This document shows, piece after piece, positions 44,697-56,737 of a stretch of DNA of 64,000 nucleotides (the stretch's first letter is position 1; each line of letters begins with the position of its first letter). Source of the DNA: Ascoidea asiatica JCM 7603 (lineage: Eukaryota; Fungi; Ascomycota); the NCBI GenBank assembly GCA_001600695.1, contig BCKQ01000003.1:1494526-1558525 (forward strand). The letters run 5' to 3'. The notes under the pieces were generated by a model that had not been told where the DNA came from, ran no database searches, and saw nothing but the letters and a program-made list of their open reading frames with translations. The translations under genes were made by a program, and so were the position numbers.

Positions 44697-45360
44697 TTTT
44701 TATAATGTATTTCTATAAGTTTAAATTTGATTTATATTTGATTAGTATTTGTAGTTAGTTTTGTATTAAGTAATAGCAGCAGTTATATTATATCAGTAGA
44801 ATTATTATATATCTTGATTTATTGTATTGTTTATATTGATTATAATGATGATAATAATGATAATGATGATAATGATTATATTTAATGAAGAATTAATTGA
44901 ATTGATTGAATGAGTAAATAATTGTAAATAAAAAAGAATTAAATTTAAATAAAATTAAGGAAAATTAGTAGTTTATATACTAATAAAAATCGGAAATAAA
45001 TAAATGCAATTAACAGATCATATATTTTTTTTTGAATTTTTTTTAAAATCTTATTAAAATCTTGTTAAAATCTTGTTAAAGTCTTATTAAAATATTGTTA
45101 AATATGGTTAAATCTTTTTAAATCTTTAATATATTTGAATATATTTGAATATATTATTCATTTAAAGACAAAATTGATACTAGTAAATATATTATATCAT
45201 ACCATACTGCTAGAATATTTAGTACGGTAACTTTAATAGTGACCCTAGATGCAGCGAGAGGTAGCTGAGAGTCAGTGGCAGTTGCTCCAGGCCGGGAGTG
45301 TGCTGGGCGAGTTCCAGAAGAAACTGTAATGCAAACCCTAACAAAGTGGTAATTCAGCAG

Positions 45361-45411
45361 TGTTTGCTCACTTGTTTACTCAGCGCTGTTTACTCACTTT
45401 TTGTTTACTCA
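45361..45411. promoter_or_regulatory. Four TGTTT(A/G)CTCA copies (forkhead-like sites)
   Basis: TGTTTGCTCA at 45361; TGTTTACTCA at 45373, 45387 and 45402. Confidence 0.6.
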
Positions 45412-46480
45412 GTGTCCATTTCTCCAGCATTACGTAAATCACACTTTAGTGGTGTTTCGGTGGAGCTGCAGCAGGAGACGCTTGCCCCTAGCGGTAATAG
45501 CGGTGGCGACTACAGTACTATTACTGCTATTACTACTATTAGCAGTACCTTTAGCAGTACTATCTCCGTCCGTGGCAAGCTGCGAGCAATCTTCGGCTTT
45601 CTTCTCCTCCTCTGAAGTTTTAGTATTGCTCCAGCATTGCTACTTCTACTTCCAGTTCTTGCCTCTGCTGACAGAGCAATCGAGCTGGAAGAAGATGATG
45701 TAACACCTGTTGCATTCCCCAGGATGGTTTGATTGCTGTCCACCATCGCCAATAACACCTTCCTTTTCCTTTCCACTTCCACCACCTTTTCCATTTTAAA
45801 TGCCGATTTCATTTGTGGCTCACAAACACCATCATTGCCAAGCCACCACCACCACCCAACACCCAACAACAACGTTGCTCATCATCATCGCCGCTGTTGT
45901 CAGAATGTCTCGAACCACCACTTCCCTCTACTACATCTAACACACCATCCAGTACCAATTCCACTAGCTTTATTTAACGTTAACCTTAACGCTACCAAAA
46001 TCAATCTATTAAAATGTTTTAGCAATATTCGTTTAATCTCTGAAACTGAAAAACCACTAAATCAGAAACATTTAAAACCTAAATCATATTTTATAAAATT
46101 TTATAATATTTATTCTCAAAAATTTTCAAATCTTTGTAAAAATCAAGACATAAAATCCTCAAGAAGAGTAAAATTCAAGATTAACTTCAATTTTTTCTAT
46201 GAATATCAATAAATTTCAATAAATTTCAACATAATATTCGATATAAATTTCAATAATATTCGATTTAATATTCGGTACTTTTTAATAATGTTGGATATTT
46301 TGGTAATGGATCTTGAGTTTTAACTTCAATCACTCCACAACCTTCTTTATAGCCTTGTTGGTAATTGTCGATGGTAAGACATTTGATCCACCTAACCAAT
46401 TAACCACTTAACTAATTAACTAAGCACTACAATCACCACCACCATTAATAACACTGTTACCGCAACAAACAACGAATTCC

Positions 46481-46560
46481 AACAATCTCGAGCAATCTCG
46501 AACAAACTCGAACAAACTCGAACAAACTCCAACAACTCGTATCAATCTCGTATCAATTTC
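46481..46560 (+). repeat. About 10-bp tandem repeat (AACAAWCTCG), about 8 degenerate copies, upstream of RMD8
   Basis: aacaatctcg agcaatctcg aacaaactcg aacaaactcg aacaaactcc ... Confidence 0.8.
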
Positions 46561-46819
46561 AAAACCGCAGATCTGGTTTGAAAATGATCTAAAATCAAGA
46601 GAGTCGCCAGATTTGCGGGTCATTCACACTTTTAGTTCTTTTACTCCGTGTGAAGAGTAATAATATAAATAATATAAATAATATAAATAATATAAATAAA
46701 TAAATAGAGGTATGAATAACTAGAGAAAAGTAAAGAAATATAGAAATAAAGAAATTAAAAACAAATTATATAATCTATATAATACACTTTTAGATTACGA
46801 ATTTCTTTAATTAAATAAT

Positions 46820-47316
46820 ATGTCAAAGTTATTGAATCAAGATTCCTCCTCTTCTTCTTCTTCTTCAACTTCTTTTACTTCCAATTCCAATTCCAATTCC
46901 AATTCAAATTCAAATTCAATATTAAGCGCCCATACAATCAATAAACATAATCCATTGAATAATAATAACAACAACAACAACAACAACAGTAAAAATAATA
47001 ATAATGATAATAATGATAATGATAATGATAATGATATTAAAAACTTAAACTCTTCAAAGGTTTCAACTTCAATACTAAATCATCTAAAAAATAAAAGAGG
47101 TCATTCAAATCAAATCAATAATTATAATAATACTTATAATGGTGGTTATAATAACTATAATAAATTAATCAATTCATTACCAAAAAGAACTAAAAGAACT
47201 TCTGAGAAATTAGTCTTAATTCCTGAATCACTCAATGAACAAGATGAAGATAATTATTTACGTTCAATAAAATTAAAAAAATCAAATATTATTAATAATA
47301 AACCATTAAAAAAAAT

Positions 47317-47351
<35 letters not shown>

Positions 47352-48712
47352 GTAACAACAAAAAAACTAACAACAACAACCATATCAATATAAAATCAAT
47401 TAAAAAAAAAAAATTTCCAAGAGTAACTGCTTATTATATATCTGAAGGTATAGATTTGAAAAATTCAATGAATTTTCTTAAATTAAATCATAAAGTATTT
47501 CCAAGATTATATAATGATGTTTTATATGTACCTTATATTTTACCTTTATTACCTGGTATTAATGATTATAGAATAACTTCAAATTATAATTTAAATAGAA
47601 ATAATAAAAATAATAAAAATAATAAAAATATTAAAAATATTAAAAATATTAAAAATAATGAAAAATTTAATATTTTTGAAAATTTAATTAATAAATTTGA
47701 AAAAATTGATCATAATTATGAATTTTATTCTTCAATTCAATTAAATTCAAATGATTCAATTAATAATTCAATTAATAATTCAATTAATAATTCAATTAAT
47801 GATAATAATAATGAATTTGATCCTTCTGAACCTCAATCTTTTTTTAATGAAGATGAAGATTATTCAGAAAGAGATATTGAAAGAGATATACAAAAAGATT
47901 TACAATCTGATATACAATCTGATATACAATCTGATATACAATCTGATATACAATTAGATAGAGAAATAGATTCAGAATCAAATTTAGAAGAAATTAATTC
48001 TAAATATTTTGCAGAAATGTTTTTATTTGATTATGGTTGTGTTGTATTTTGGAATTTATCAGAATATGAAGAAAAAGAAATTTTAGCAGATTTAATTTTT
48101 TCAAATTCTTTATTAATTAATTCAATTGAAAGTCAAAATTATGAAATTGAAAATTTTAATTATTATTATAATAAATCTTGTAAAATTCCAAAAATTTATA
48201 ATGATTTAATAATTTTATCATCACAAGATCATTTTATTAAACTTTCTTTATCTCATGCAATTTCTCAATCAACAAAATTATCAAATTTTGAAACAAATTT
48301 AGAAAAAATTTTAATTTATTTAGATAATTTACCAAAAAATTTATCATTAACTGGTAAAATTGAAATTTCAAGAAAAAAATTATTAAAAATTACTGGAAAA
48401 TTTTGGAATTTAAATTTTAAATTAAATTTATTATCTGGAATTTTAGATACTCCTGAATTTTTTTGGTCTTTTGAACCAAGTTTATATCCTTTATATGAAA
48501 CTACAAGAGATTATTTAGAAATTGATGAAAGAGTTGAAGTTATAAATAATAGATGTAAATTATTTCTTGAATTTTCTGATTTAATTTCTGAAAGTATTGA
48601 AGAAAAAAATATGACTAAATTTATTTGGATTATAATTATTATAATTTTAATTAGTTTATTTTTATCATGTTTTGAAATTTTTATACGTTATTCAATTATT
48701 AAAAAAGATTAG
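46820..48712 (+). CDS. RMD8: DUF155-family protein Rmd8
   Basis: RTSEKLVLIPE, PRVTAY, FDYGCVVFWN, LSHAISQSTKL, ILDTPEFFWSFEPSLYPLY, YLEIDERVEVIN, C-terminal TM; next to KGD4 and PRE4 as in S. cerevisiae. Confidence 0.88.
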
Positions 48713-50319
48713 TAATTATTATTTTCGTAAACGTAAATGATGATGAAAAAAAAGTGAAATTAATAAATGAGTTTTTTCTCTGAATAATTTGAATCAGATA
48801 TATTAGTTATAAACGTTAATTTTTAAGAGTAAGGTTGTAAGGTAGTTTATTTATAATTGGTACCTTAATAAATAAGCTTTTTTTTTTATTTATTCTTTAA
48901 GAGTAAAATTTATTAAAAATTACAACTAAATTTATATTAAAGTTGATAGAAACATTAAGTATCTTGTGAGGAGAATTGAAAATATATTTAATATATAAAA
49001 TAGAATAATTTAATGACCTTATTTTAAATAATATTTAATAGAGTAAAAGAATAGGAGATAATGTATATATTAAAATATTTAGGGAAATAAAAATGTTATA
49101 AAATAAGAGAATAAATTAAAAGTAAAAAATGATTTAAAAATGAGTTAGTTAATTTAAAGAATAGTTTATCATTTATTATTTATCATTTATTAATTATCAT
49201 TTATTAATAATTATTTTGTATTAAAAACAAGGAACCTCAAAAGTTTTTCAAAGAAATAAAATTATGAAATTATAACCGATAAAAATAAAGTTTTTATTGT
49301 TAAACAAAAAGTGAATAAAGTGAATAAAAGGTGAAGAAAAAGTGAAAACAAAACGAGGAGCAAAAAAAGTTAATTAAAGTATCGTTTAAAAAAGTAACCT
49401 TTATAACTGTTTATAAAATAAAGGAACGTTGAACTGGTACAATTCAATACAGTAAACTAAATTAATCAAAACTGGCAAAACTGTAGATTATGAGATTTTT
49501 ATAATTATATAAAAAAAAAAAGGTATCACCTTCCCAAAATCAATTAAGAATCTTTTTAGTTTTATAAAATTTAATAAAATCGTTATCTTAAAATAACAAA
49601 AATTCAAGAACTCAAAAATGAATAGAAAAGAACGTAATTGAAAAAAAAAAAGAATGTACTTAATGATAAAAAAATGTCTAAGAAATGAGGAGAAATAAGA
49701 TTTTTGTAAATTTACATTGAAGATATTTAATTAACCAATTATATTTAATGATATTTAATGATATTCAACAATTTTCAATATTCAACATTGGATAGAAATT
49801 GTTGAATGTAAGAATAATAGAAAGTAATTTATATGCTGACCTCAATTGTATTTAACTACAAATCTCAATATCAATCTCAATATCAATATCAATATCAAGT
49901 GATAAACAGTTTTTGGTTTTGTATGGAAATAAAGCTCAAGTTTTGTTCTTACTCTTTTCAGAAGATTGAACAATGCACAATCACCTGAAAGATGGTCTCC
50001 TAAAAGTCATATGACTAAAAAATAAGTACGTCCGGTATTATTACCCAATGAAGACACTGGACAAAATTGAGGCTGGGCCGACTCGGAGATTCCTTTTTTC
50101 AATGCTCGCTTCACGCGCGTTGAGATTCAAAGGCAATTTGATTTTGTGTCTGGGGATTTGAATTGGTTTTGTTTGATTTGGTTTTGTTTGATTTGGTTTT
50201 GTTTTGTTTTGTGAGTATTTGATTTGAAGCAGTTTGAATTGAATCAGAATTTGATATTTCGTTTCAGAATCACCACAATCACCAGATCCACCGTCCCCAC
50301 TCGTCGCACAACTGCCCAA

Positions 50320-50710
50320 ATGAGACCATCTGCTGCTGCTCTAGCCAAGGCCTACACTCCTTTGATCAAGTTCATCGGGGGAAGACACCCAATTCCAAGT
50401 AAGTGATTCTCCATTAATCTTGAATAACACTCTTTTTCTCAGACAGCTAACTAACCAACTATTCTTCTTGTCTTTTGTTTCTTCAGAGGTTATTGATCAT
50501 CTTCCAAACCCACATGCCATGTCGAATGGAGTGATGCCCTCTGCTGTTTCTGCTTCTTCTTCTTCTGCTTCTGCTGCTTCTGCTTCTGCTGCTTCAAATG
50601 CCACTTACACCTTAAGAAGTCAATTGCCCAAAAGATTCCAGTATCCTGCTTTATCTGAACAGGAAATTGAAGATGTCAACTTGGGTGGTGCTGAAATAAT
50701 AATGACTTAA
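50320..50710 (+). CDS. KGD4: Alpha-ketoglutarate dehydrogenase adaptor Kgd4 (Ymr31/MRPS36); exon 1 = 50320-50398, exon 2 = 50487-50710
   Basis: Spliced product MRPSAAALAKAYTPLIKFIGGRHPIPKVIDHLPNPH...LPKRFQYPALSEQEIEDVNLGGA; PLIKF.G.R and EIE.V..GGA are family motifs; lies between RMD8 and PRE4. Confidence 0.88.
50399..50486 (+). other. Spliceosomal intron (88 nt, phase 1) in KGD4
   Basis: GTAAGT donor, GCTAACTAAC branch at 50446-50455, pyrimidine tract and CAG; A+AG = Lys joins the two track ORFs in frame. Confidence 0.88.
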
Positions 50711-50891
50711 ATGACTTAAATGACTTAAATGTCAAAGCTCATAGATTAAATCATATTACATAATCAAATTATTTAATCTCTATATATTTCAAATAATTCA
50801 AATACATTAAAAAAAAATATACTCAATTAAACTCAATCATCTTCTACTAATTCATTAACAGAATCAAATAAGTTCATTTCTTAAAATCCAA

Positions 50892-50964
50892 ATCACGTGA
50901 CGCTTTATCTTATAATCTCAAAATAATGAGAATATCCTTATTAAATTTACTTTATTTTGCCACA
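50892..50964. promoter_or_regulatory. PRE4 promoter: Cbf1-type site and PACE-like Rpn4 site
   Basis: ATCACGTGAC at 50892-50901; TTTGCCACA at 50956-50964 (TGTGGCAAA, one mismatch to PACE GGTGGCAAA). Confidence 0.6.
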
Positions 50965-51142
50965 ATATATTAAATAAACTAATGAACTAATATTGAATAA
51001 TCAATCAATTGTAATAATTGATAAAGATAATCTGTAGTAATTTAATTCAATTCAATTCAATCCAATCCAATCCAATCCAATCCAATTGATAATATATTCA
51101 ATAACAAAATATAATAACAACATTAATAATAATATAATAAAA

Positions 51143-51967
51143 ATGGAACATGATCCTTTTAAATGGGGTAGACCAAGAGATGAAATTTATGGTTCTTATG
51201 ATTATAAAATTGCAAATGCTTCAATTAATCAAAATAATTCTTTAAATGATTATTCAAATTTTCCAAAAATGAATACTCAACAACCAATTGTTACTGGTAC
51301 TTCTGTAATTGCTTTGAAATTTAATGATGGTATCATTATGGCTGCTGATAATTTAGGTTCTTATGGTTCTTTAGCAAGATTTACAAATATTGAAAGATTA
51401 ATTTTATCTGGTAAAGATACAATTGTTGGAATTTCTGGTGATATTTCTGATTTACAAAAAATTCAAAATTTATTATTAGATTTAGAAATTCAAAATGATT
51501 ATGATAATTTAAATCATCAATTAAAATCTGATAATATTCATAAATATATTAAAAATCTTTTATATTCAAGAAGATCAAAAATGAATCCATTATGGAATGC
51601 AGTAATAGTTGGTGGATTTGATTCAAATAATAATCCATTTTTAAAATATGTTGATTTATTAGGTGTTGAATATTCTTCTCCAACTTTAGCAACTGGTTTT
51701 GGTTCATATTTAGCTATACCTTTATTAAGAAAATTAATACCAAATGATGGTGATGAAAAAAATGTAAATGAAATTGATGCAAGAAATTGTATATTAGATT
51801 GTATGAAAGTTTTATTTTATAGAGATGCAAGATCTTTAAATAAATTTTCTATAGTTACAATTTCAAAAAAAAATGGTATTAAATTTGAAAAAAATTTAAA
51901 AATTAATGAAATGTCTTGGAAATTTGCTGAAGGTATAAAAGGTTATGGTAATAATCAAAAAAATTAA
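51143..51967 (+). CDS. PRE4: 20S proteasome beta-7 subunit
   Basis: MEHDPFKWGRP, TQQPIVTGTSV, AADNLGSYGSL, RRSKMNPLWN, TGFGSYLA, VLFYRDARS. Confidence 0.95.
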   Translation: MEHDPFKWGRPRDEIYGSYDYKIANASINQNNSLNDYSNFPKMNTQQPIVTGTSVIALKFNDGIIMAADNLGSYGSLARFTNIERLILSGKDTIVGISGDISDLQKIQNLLLDLEIQNDYDNLNHQLKSDNIHKYIKNLLYSRRSKMNPLWNAVIVGGFDSNNNPFLKYVDLLGVEYSSPTLATGFGSYLAIPLLRKLIPNDGDEKNVNEIDARNCILDCMKVLFYRDARSLNKFSIVTISKKNGIKFEKNLKINEMSWKFAEGIKGYGNNQKN

Positions 51968-51987
51968 ATACAATTTTAATCTTTTAC

Positions 51988-52021
<34 letters not shown>

Positions 52022-52051
52022 TATTTATATATATATATTTATATAGATAAA

Positions 52052-53674
52052 TTACTTATTAAAACCTCTTGCTTTTGGTAATTTATCAAAACTTTGATCA
52101 AATTCATAATATCCTCTTGGATTTGTAATTGATAAACCTCTTGGTTGACAAATTCCAATAATTAAATTAATTAATAATTTTTTTGAATTAAATATATTAT
52201 TATATAAATTTGAATCAAATAATGTTATTCTATTTTTTCTATTATTTTTAATTCTTAAATTTTTTAAATATTCTTTTGTTGTTAAATTAAAAAATTTTAA
52301 ATAAATATGATAAAATAATAATAATAATGGATATAACATTAAAATATGTGTTAAGATTATTAAAATTATTGTTAAAATTTTATTATAATCTTCTGGTTTA
52401 TTATTATTATTATTATAATTTGAAAATTGATTGAAATAATAAATATATGATAAAATATTTAAATAAATTGTTGAGATTGAAGAAAATAATAAAAAATTAA
52501 AAAAATAAAAATAATTTCTTTGTCCAATACAATTATTTAACCAAATACAATGATGATCCATATTAATTATACAACCATTACAAATTGAACAATGACTTAT
52601 TCTTGGAGATTTCCAAATTCTACAAGTTGTACAATATTTTAAATTAACTGAATTTATTTGATTATTAGATTTAAAATCTTTATTTTTCTTAATTTTTTTT
52701 TCATTTTTATTTTGTTTAAATTGATGATTTTTAATAATTACTATTTCTTCATTATTTTTTTTAATTTTTTTATTTTCTTTCTTTTTATCATAATTTTCAA
52801 ATATTATTTGTTTTTTTGAAGGTAAAGATATTAAATTTTGATATTCATTTGGTAAATTAAATAAATTATCAGTAATATTTAAATTTCTTGGTAATAAACC
52901 AGGATCAGTAGTTGCAGATTTTAAAAAAGATAAAAAAGTTAAGAACCAAAAATAAAATACAAGAAAAATTAAAATTAAATTATAATTATAATTATTTAAA
53001 GAATTTGAAAGATTTGAATAAAATTTAAATTGAGTTATTAAAAAAAGAATAAAAGGTAAAAAAATTAAAATTATACTGTATAAAATATATGGTTTTTTAA
53101 AATTTTTATTTGATCTTAATCTACCACCAAATAAAAAAATATAATTATAAATATTCATTTTTTGATAATTTTTAATTCTCTTATTACTACCACTGATTTT
53201 TGAAGTTGAATTAAAAGTATTTTGATTTTGATTTTGATTTAGAGAGGTAATATTATTATTATTATTATTATTATTATCGATTATTATATTTGAAGGATTA
53301 GTGAAACACCATAATATGAATCTATCGAGAATATTTAAGGAACTTGAATCATTAATGTCATTACTATTACTATTATTACTATTATTATTACTATTATTAT
53401 TATTATTATTGTTGTTGTTATTATTATTGAGATTCATATTATTATTATAATTATTGGAGAAATTGTTATTATTGTTTATATTATTTGAAGATTGAAAGAG
53501 ATTATTATTATGTAAGGATTGTAATTGAACATAATCATCTTGATTTTTATGTCTTTTAATTGATTTATTTCTTTCAATATTTGGAGATTGAATTTTAAAA
53601 AGTTTATTACTATTATTATTTGATTCAATATTATTAAGAGTATTATTAAGACTATTTATATTTGATATTTCCAT
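52052..53674 (-). CDS. ERF2: DHHC palmitoyltransferase Erf2
   Basis: [39 protein letters not shown]...[23 protein letters not shown]. Confidence 0.87.
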   Translation of the reverse strand: MEISNINSLNNTLNNIESNNNSNKLFKIQSPNIERNKSIKRHKNQDDYVQLQSLHNNNLFQSSNNINNNNNFSNNYNNNMNLNNNNNNNNNNNNSNNNSNNSNSNDINDSSSLNILDRFILWCFTNPSNIIIDNNNNNNNNITSLNQNQNQNTFNSTSKISGSNKRIKNYQKMNIYNYIFLFGGRLRSNKNFKKPYILYSIILIFLPFILFLITQFKFYSNLSNSLNNYNYNLILIFLVFYFWFLTFLSFLKSATTDPGLLPRNLNITDNLFNLPNEYQNLISLPSKKQIIFENYDKKKENKKIKKNNEEIVIIKNHQFKQNKNEKKIKKNKDFKSNNQINSVNLKYCTTCRIWKSPRISHCSICNGCIINMDHHCIWLNNCIGQRNYFYFFNFLLFSSISTIYLNILSYIYYFNQFSNYNNNNNKPEDYNKILTIILIILTHILMLYPLLLLFYHIYLKFFNLTTKEYLKNLRIKNNRKNRITLFDSNLYNNIFNSKKLLINLIIGICQPRGLSITNPRGYYEFDQSFDKLPKARGFNK

Positions 53675-55548
53675 TTTTAAAAAGAAATGAAAAGATTTGA
53701 AAGATTTGAAAGATTATTAATAGAACAATAAACTAAAGTTATTTGTAATAAGAGTTATAAGTATTTTATCATTATCATTATCATTATCATTATCATTATA
53801 ATTTAGGAATATTATTAAAAGTGTTGAATAATATAAGTTCTTAATTTATTATCTTATCGATTTTAACATTATTTATTTATGTATTTATTTATGTATTTAT
53901 TTTATATATTTATTATTTCTCTATTTCTACAGTACAGTCCAGTCCAGTTCTGTTATTGTTATTGTTAAGTTAACTTTTGAGTAGTAACGTTCAAAAATCA
54001 GAGATTATTTCATTACCAGTTTCAGGTTGGAAGCAACGTGAGCTTACATAATAACTGCACTCTCAGAAAAGAACATCCATCTAGTTGGTCTCGTTTTATA
54101 TTTCCGTGTTTTTATTTTCCACTTCCGGGTACGACCTTTCCGGTGTCGTTGCCCGGTGGTGTTTTGCGGTTGCTGTTGGCCACGCCAGCGCAATCTGCCG
54201 GATCTTGCGGCTGGAAAAGGTCTAGACCCTCAGCTGGCCCACTCCGGCAAGAACGGAGCATCGCTGGAGAAAGTCTCATTCATTGCGTTCGTCAACGGTT
54301 GGCGAACAAGGACCAGAATTCGACTCCAGTCTAACGATCAAATCACAGAACAAAAAAGGAATTACCTCAAAAAACAGGAGATCTGTATATCAAAAGAAAT
54401 AAAGAAAATAAAAGGGAATGAAATTGTATGAAAATTAAAGAATGGATTTCGGAATCAATTCGTTTACCCTTTATTTTTATTAGCTGGATACGATTATGTA
54501 ATTGGTTTAAATTATTTTATTTTAACAGTGAATATCAGGGACATTAATTAAAGAAAATACATTTAAAGACACGCAACGCTAAAAATAAAGTACGAAAAGT
54601 TATTGAAATGAAATAGAAATATTGAATGAATGAAAGTAAAAAAACAGAAAGTCTTAAAATTTTAATTTCAATCATATAAAATCTAATAATTTGAATCAAA
54701 GAAATAGAATAATTTATCTAAGCCAGGATGCTAAATAATTAAAATATTCAAATTTGCTCAACGTAATCAAAATACGCTATTTTCAGCAAAAAAGCTTCCA
54801 TGACTGTTATTATAATGCAATTTATAAATAGATTCCCAAAATAGGAAGGGCTACTAGTACCTTACCTAACTTATATTATTCAAAAATGAACCACTTTATT
54901 ACTAGAAACAAGTGCTTTCTAGCTTATTTAGTAGCCGCGGGTAACGGTTCATTACTTCCTTTACGTAAAAAAATGCTGTGATTGTTAATCATTTTATTCT
55001 TTTATTAGAATTGTCTTTGAATATTCTAGGCTACTCTTAGACTTTGTAAGATTGCATATATTGTTCCACGACTACATTCTATTGGGTTTTCAAAACTTCC
55101 GTGTGCATGTTAAATGTACTAGAACGTTCTGGGTCTGCATTATTTATTCTTTCTTCGTGTCTTCTAGAACAATACTTTATTCTATTTCTTTTCCTAAGTA
55201 TGGGAAGTGAACTTTCACATACTAAATTTACAAATTTATTCTTAAGATGGGTTACCCGCTCCTATTTTCCACTAATATAAATGGGGCACTTACCTCCCAT
55301 ATTTTTTATATAATTTTTATATATTTTATATTTTAATTAACAATTGTTTATAATTTGAATTAGATATCTTCTTAGTAATAATTAGATATTTCGTTCGAAC
55401 TACAATCAGCTGCGAGACTATCCGGAACACGGAACTTCGAAAAATAAACTAAAACCGACCCGAGCCGTTGAAGCCATTCCAGTCCTTTTTTGCCATCTTA
55501 GCCATCTTAGCTTTTAAGCTATCTTAGCTTTCAAGCTTAGATTACTGC

Positions 55549-55550
<2 letters not shown>

Positions 55551-55591
<41 letters not shown>
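55551..55591 (+). repeat. (CT)20 microsatellite
   Basis: Read directly from the sequence. Confidence 0.95.
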
Positions 55592-55593
<2 letters not shown>

Positions 55594-56737
55594 CATATCC
55601 CATACATACTGTTGTTGATTGAAATTTTTGTTCATCCTTGTGATTTTTGCTATCCCAGAAGAGGCCAAATTTGATTAAGAAACAATCAGTTAACCAAGAA
55701 CCAGTAACCATTGAAGTTTGCATTGATTTGAAGAAGGAATTTAACTGAGTTGGGAAAGTCCAAGCCATCCAGGCCCTGGAAACCATTTGGCTTTCTGTTC
55801 GTTAGGCTCACCCTTTTTTTTTTCCCTTTCACAGCAACGGGGTAGTTCTGTTCGCGAACACAACTTCCCTGGGTTAAACAGGATAAATCGTGCACTGCCA
55901 CAGCGCCAGGCTGTGCCGGCGTGGCGCTGTGATGCGTGCAACCTTAGATCTGCCTGCTTCATTGCCAATGGAACTATTTCAAACATTTATTTCAAACAAT
56001 TATTTACTGCAACTATTCTCACTATTTCATATATTTGCCAATATATTTACTAATAGGATTAAATTTATCATTATTTCAAACAACAATTACTATTGTTTTC
56101 AATAAATTCATATTCCTCATATTAAATATATCAAATATATCAAATATATCAAATATATCAAATATTTCATTCAGATCTTTTATGATCTTTTCATAATTCA
56201 ACAATTTCATTTAAATATCCTGAAAAAAATTTAAAATATTTCAAACTTATTCAATTTCAATTTCAATTTCAATCTCAAGTTTCTAATAAGTTTTTTAATA
56301 TCAATTAAAACTTTTCTTATTCATATATTGAAATATTGAAATATTGTAATATATTCATATTCTTATCCATATTATATTGTATATAATTCAGTATATGATA
56401 ATATTTTAATCAATTTTTGGTTTTTTCATTCGCTTTACCATATTTATTACTATTATTTTTGTTATTGTTATTGTTATTGTTATTGTTATTGTTATTATTA
56501 TTATTATTATTTCAATACAATTAATATTAACTTACTTCTTTTCCTCTTTTTCATTTTCATTTTTTTTTAATTCCTTATAATATTCATTCATATATCTCAT
56601 TCTCATTAACAATACTACTATTACTCATTATATCTCAAATTAATCATAATAACTAATCTCCCTTCCTTAATCAATCAATCATAATTGTCATTGTCTTTAT
56701 CCCCCCTTCTTAACTAATAATAATTATATCAACTCCA

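Noticed and set aside
45333-45342. Telomerase RNA template (AAACCCTAAC)
   Set aside because: Only 10 nt, the species' telomere repeat is unknown and no supporting structure was seen; a Tbf1-type site is equally likely.
45907-45917. tRNA or B-box (GGTTCGAGAC on the minus strand)
   Set aside because: Incomplete B-box, no A-box, no cloverleaf.
28502-46560. CRISPR-like or LTR/TIR interpretation of short repeats
   Set aside because: Eukaryotic context, no unique spacers of regular length, and no transposase, RT or LTR pair seen.
50892-51050. Point centromere (CDEI-like ATCACGTG followed by AT-rich DNA)
   Set aside because: No CDEIII CCG element follows; the same box occurs in many promoters.
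15583-51967. Proteasome gene cluster (PRE5, RPN4, PRE4, F-box)
   Set aside because: Spread over 36 kb among unrelated genes; RPN4 and PRE4 sit in their own conserved neighbourhoods.
55279-55296. RNase MRP or U1-like words (AATGGGGC, ACTTACCT)
   Set aside because: Other conserved regions are absent; chance matches.
42830-56105. ORFs in GC-rich islands (42830-43184, 45298-46212, 54038-54431, 55514-56105)
   Set aside because: Several overlapping frames without motifs and with atypical codon use; expected from stop-codon depletion in GC-rich promoters.
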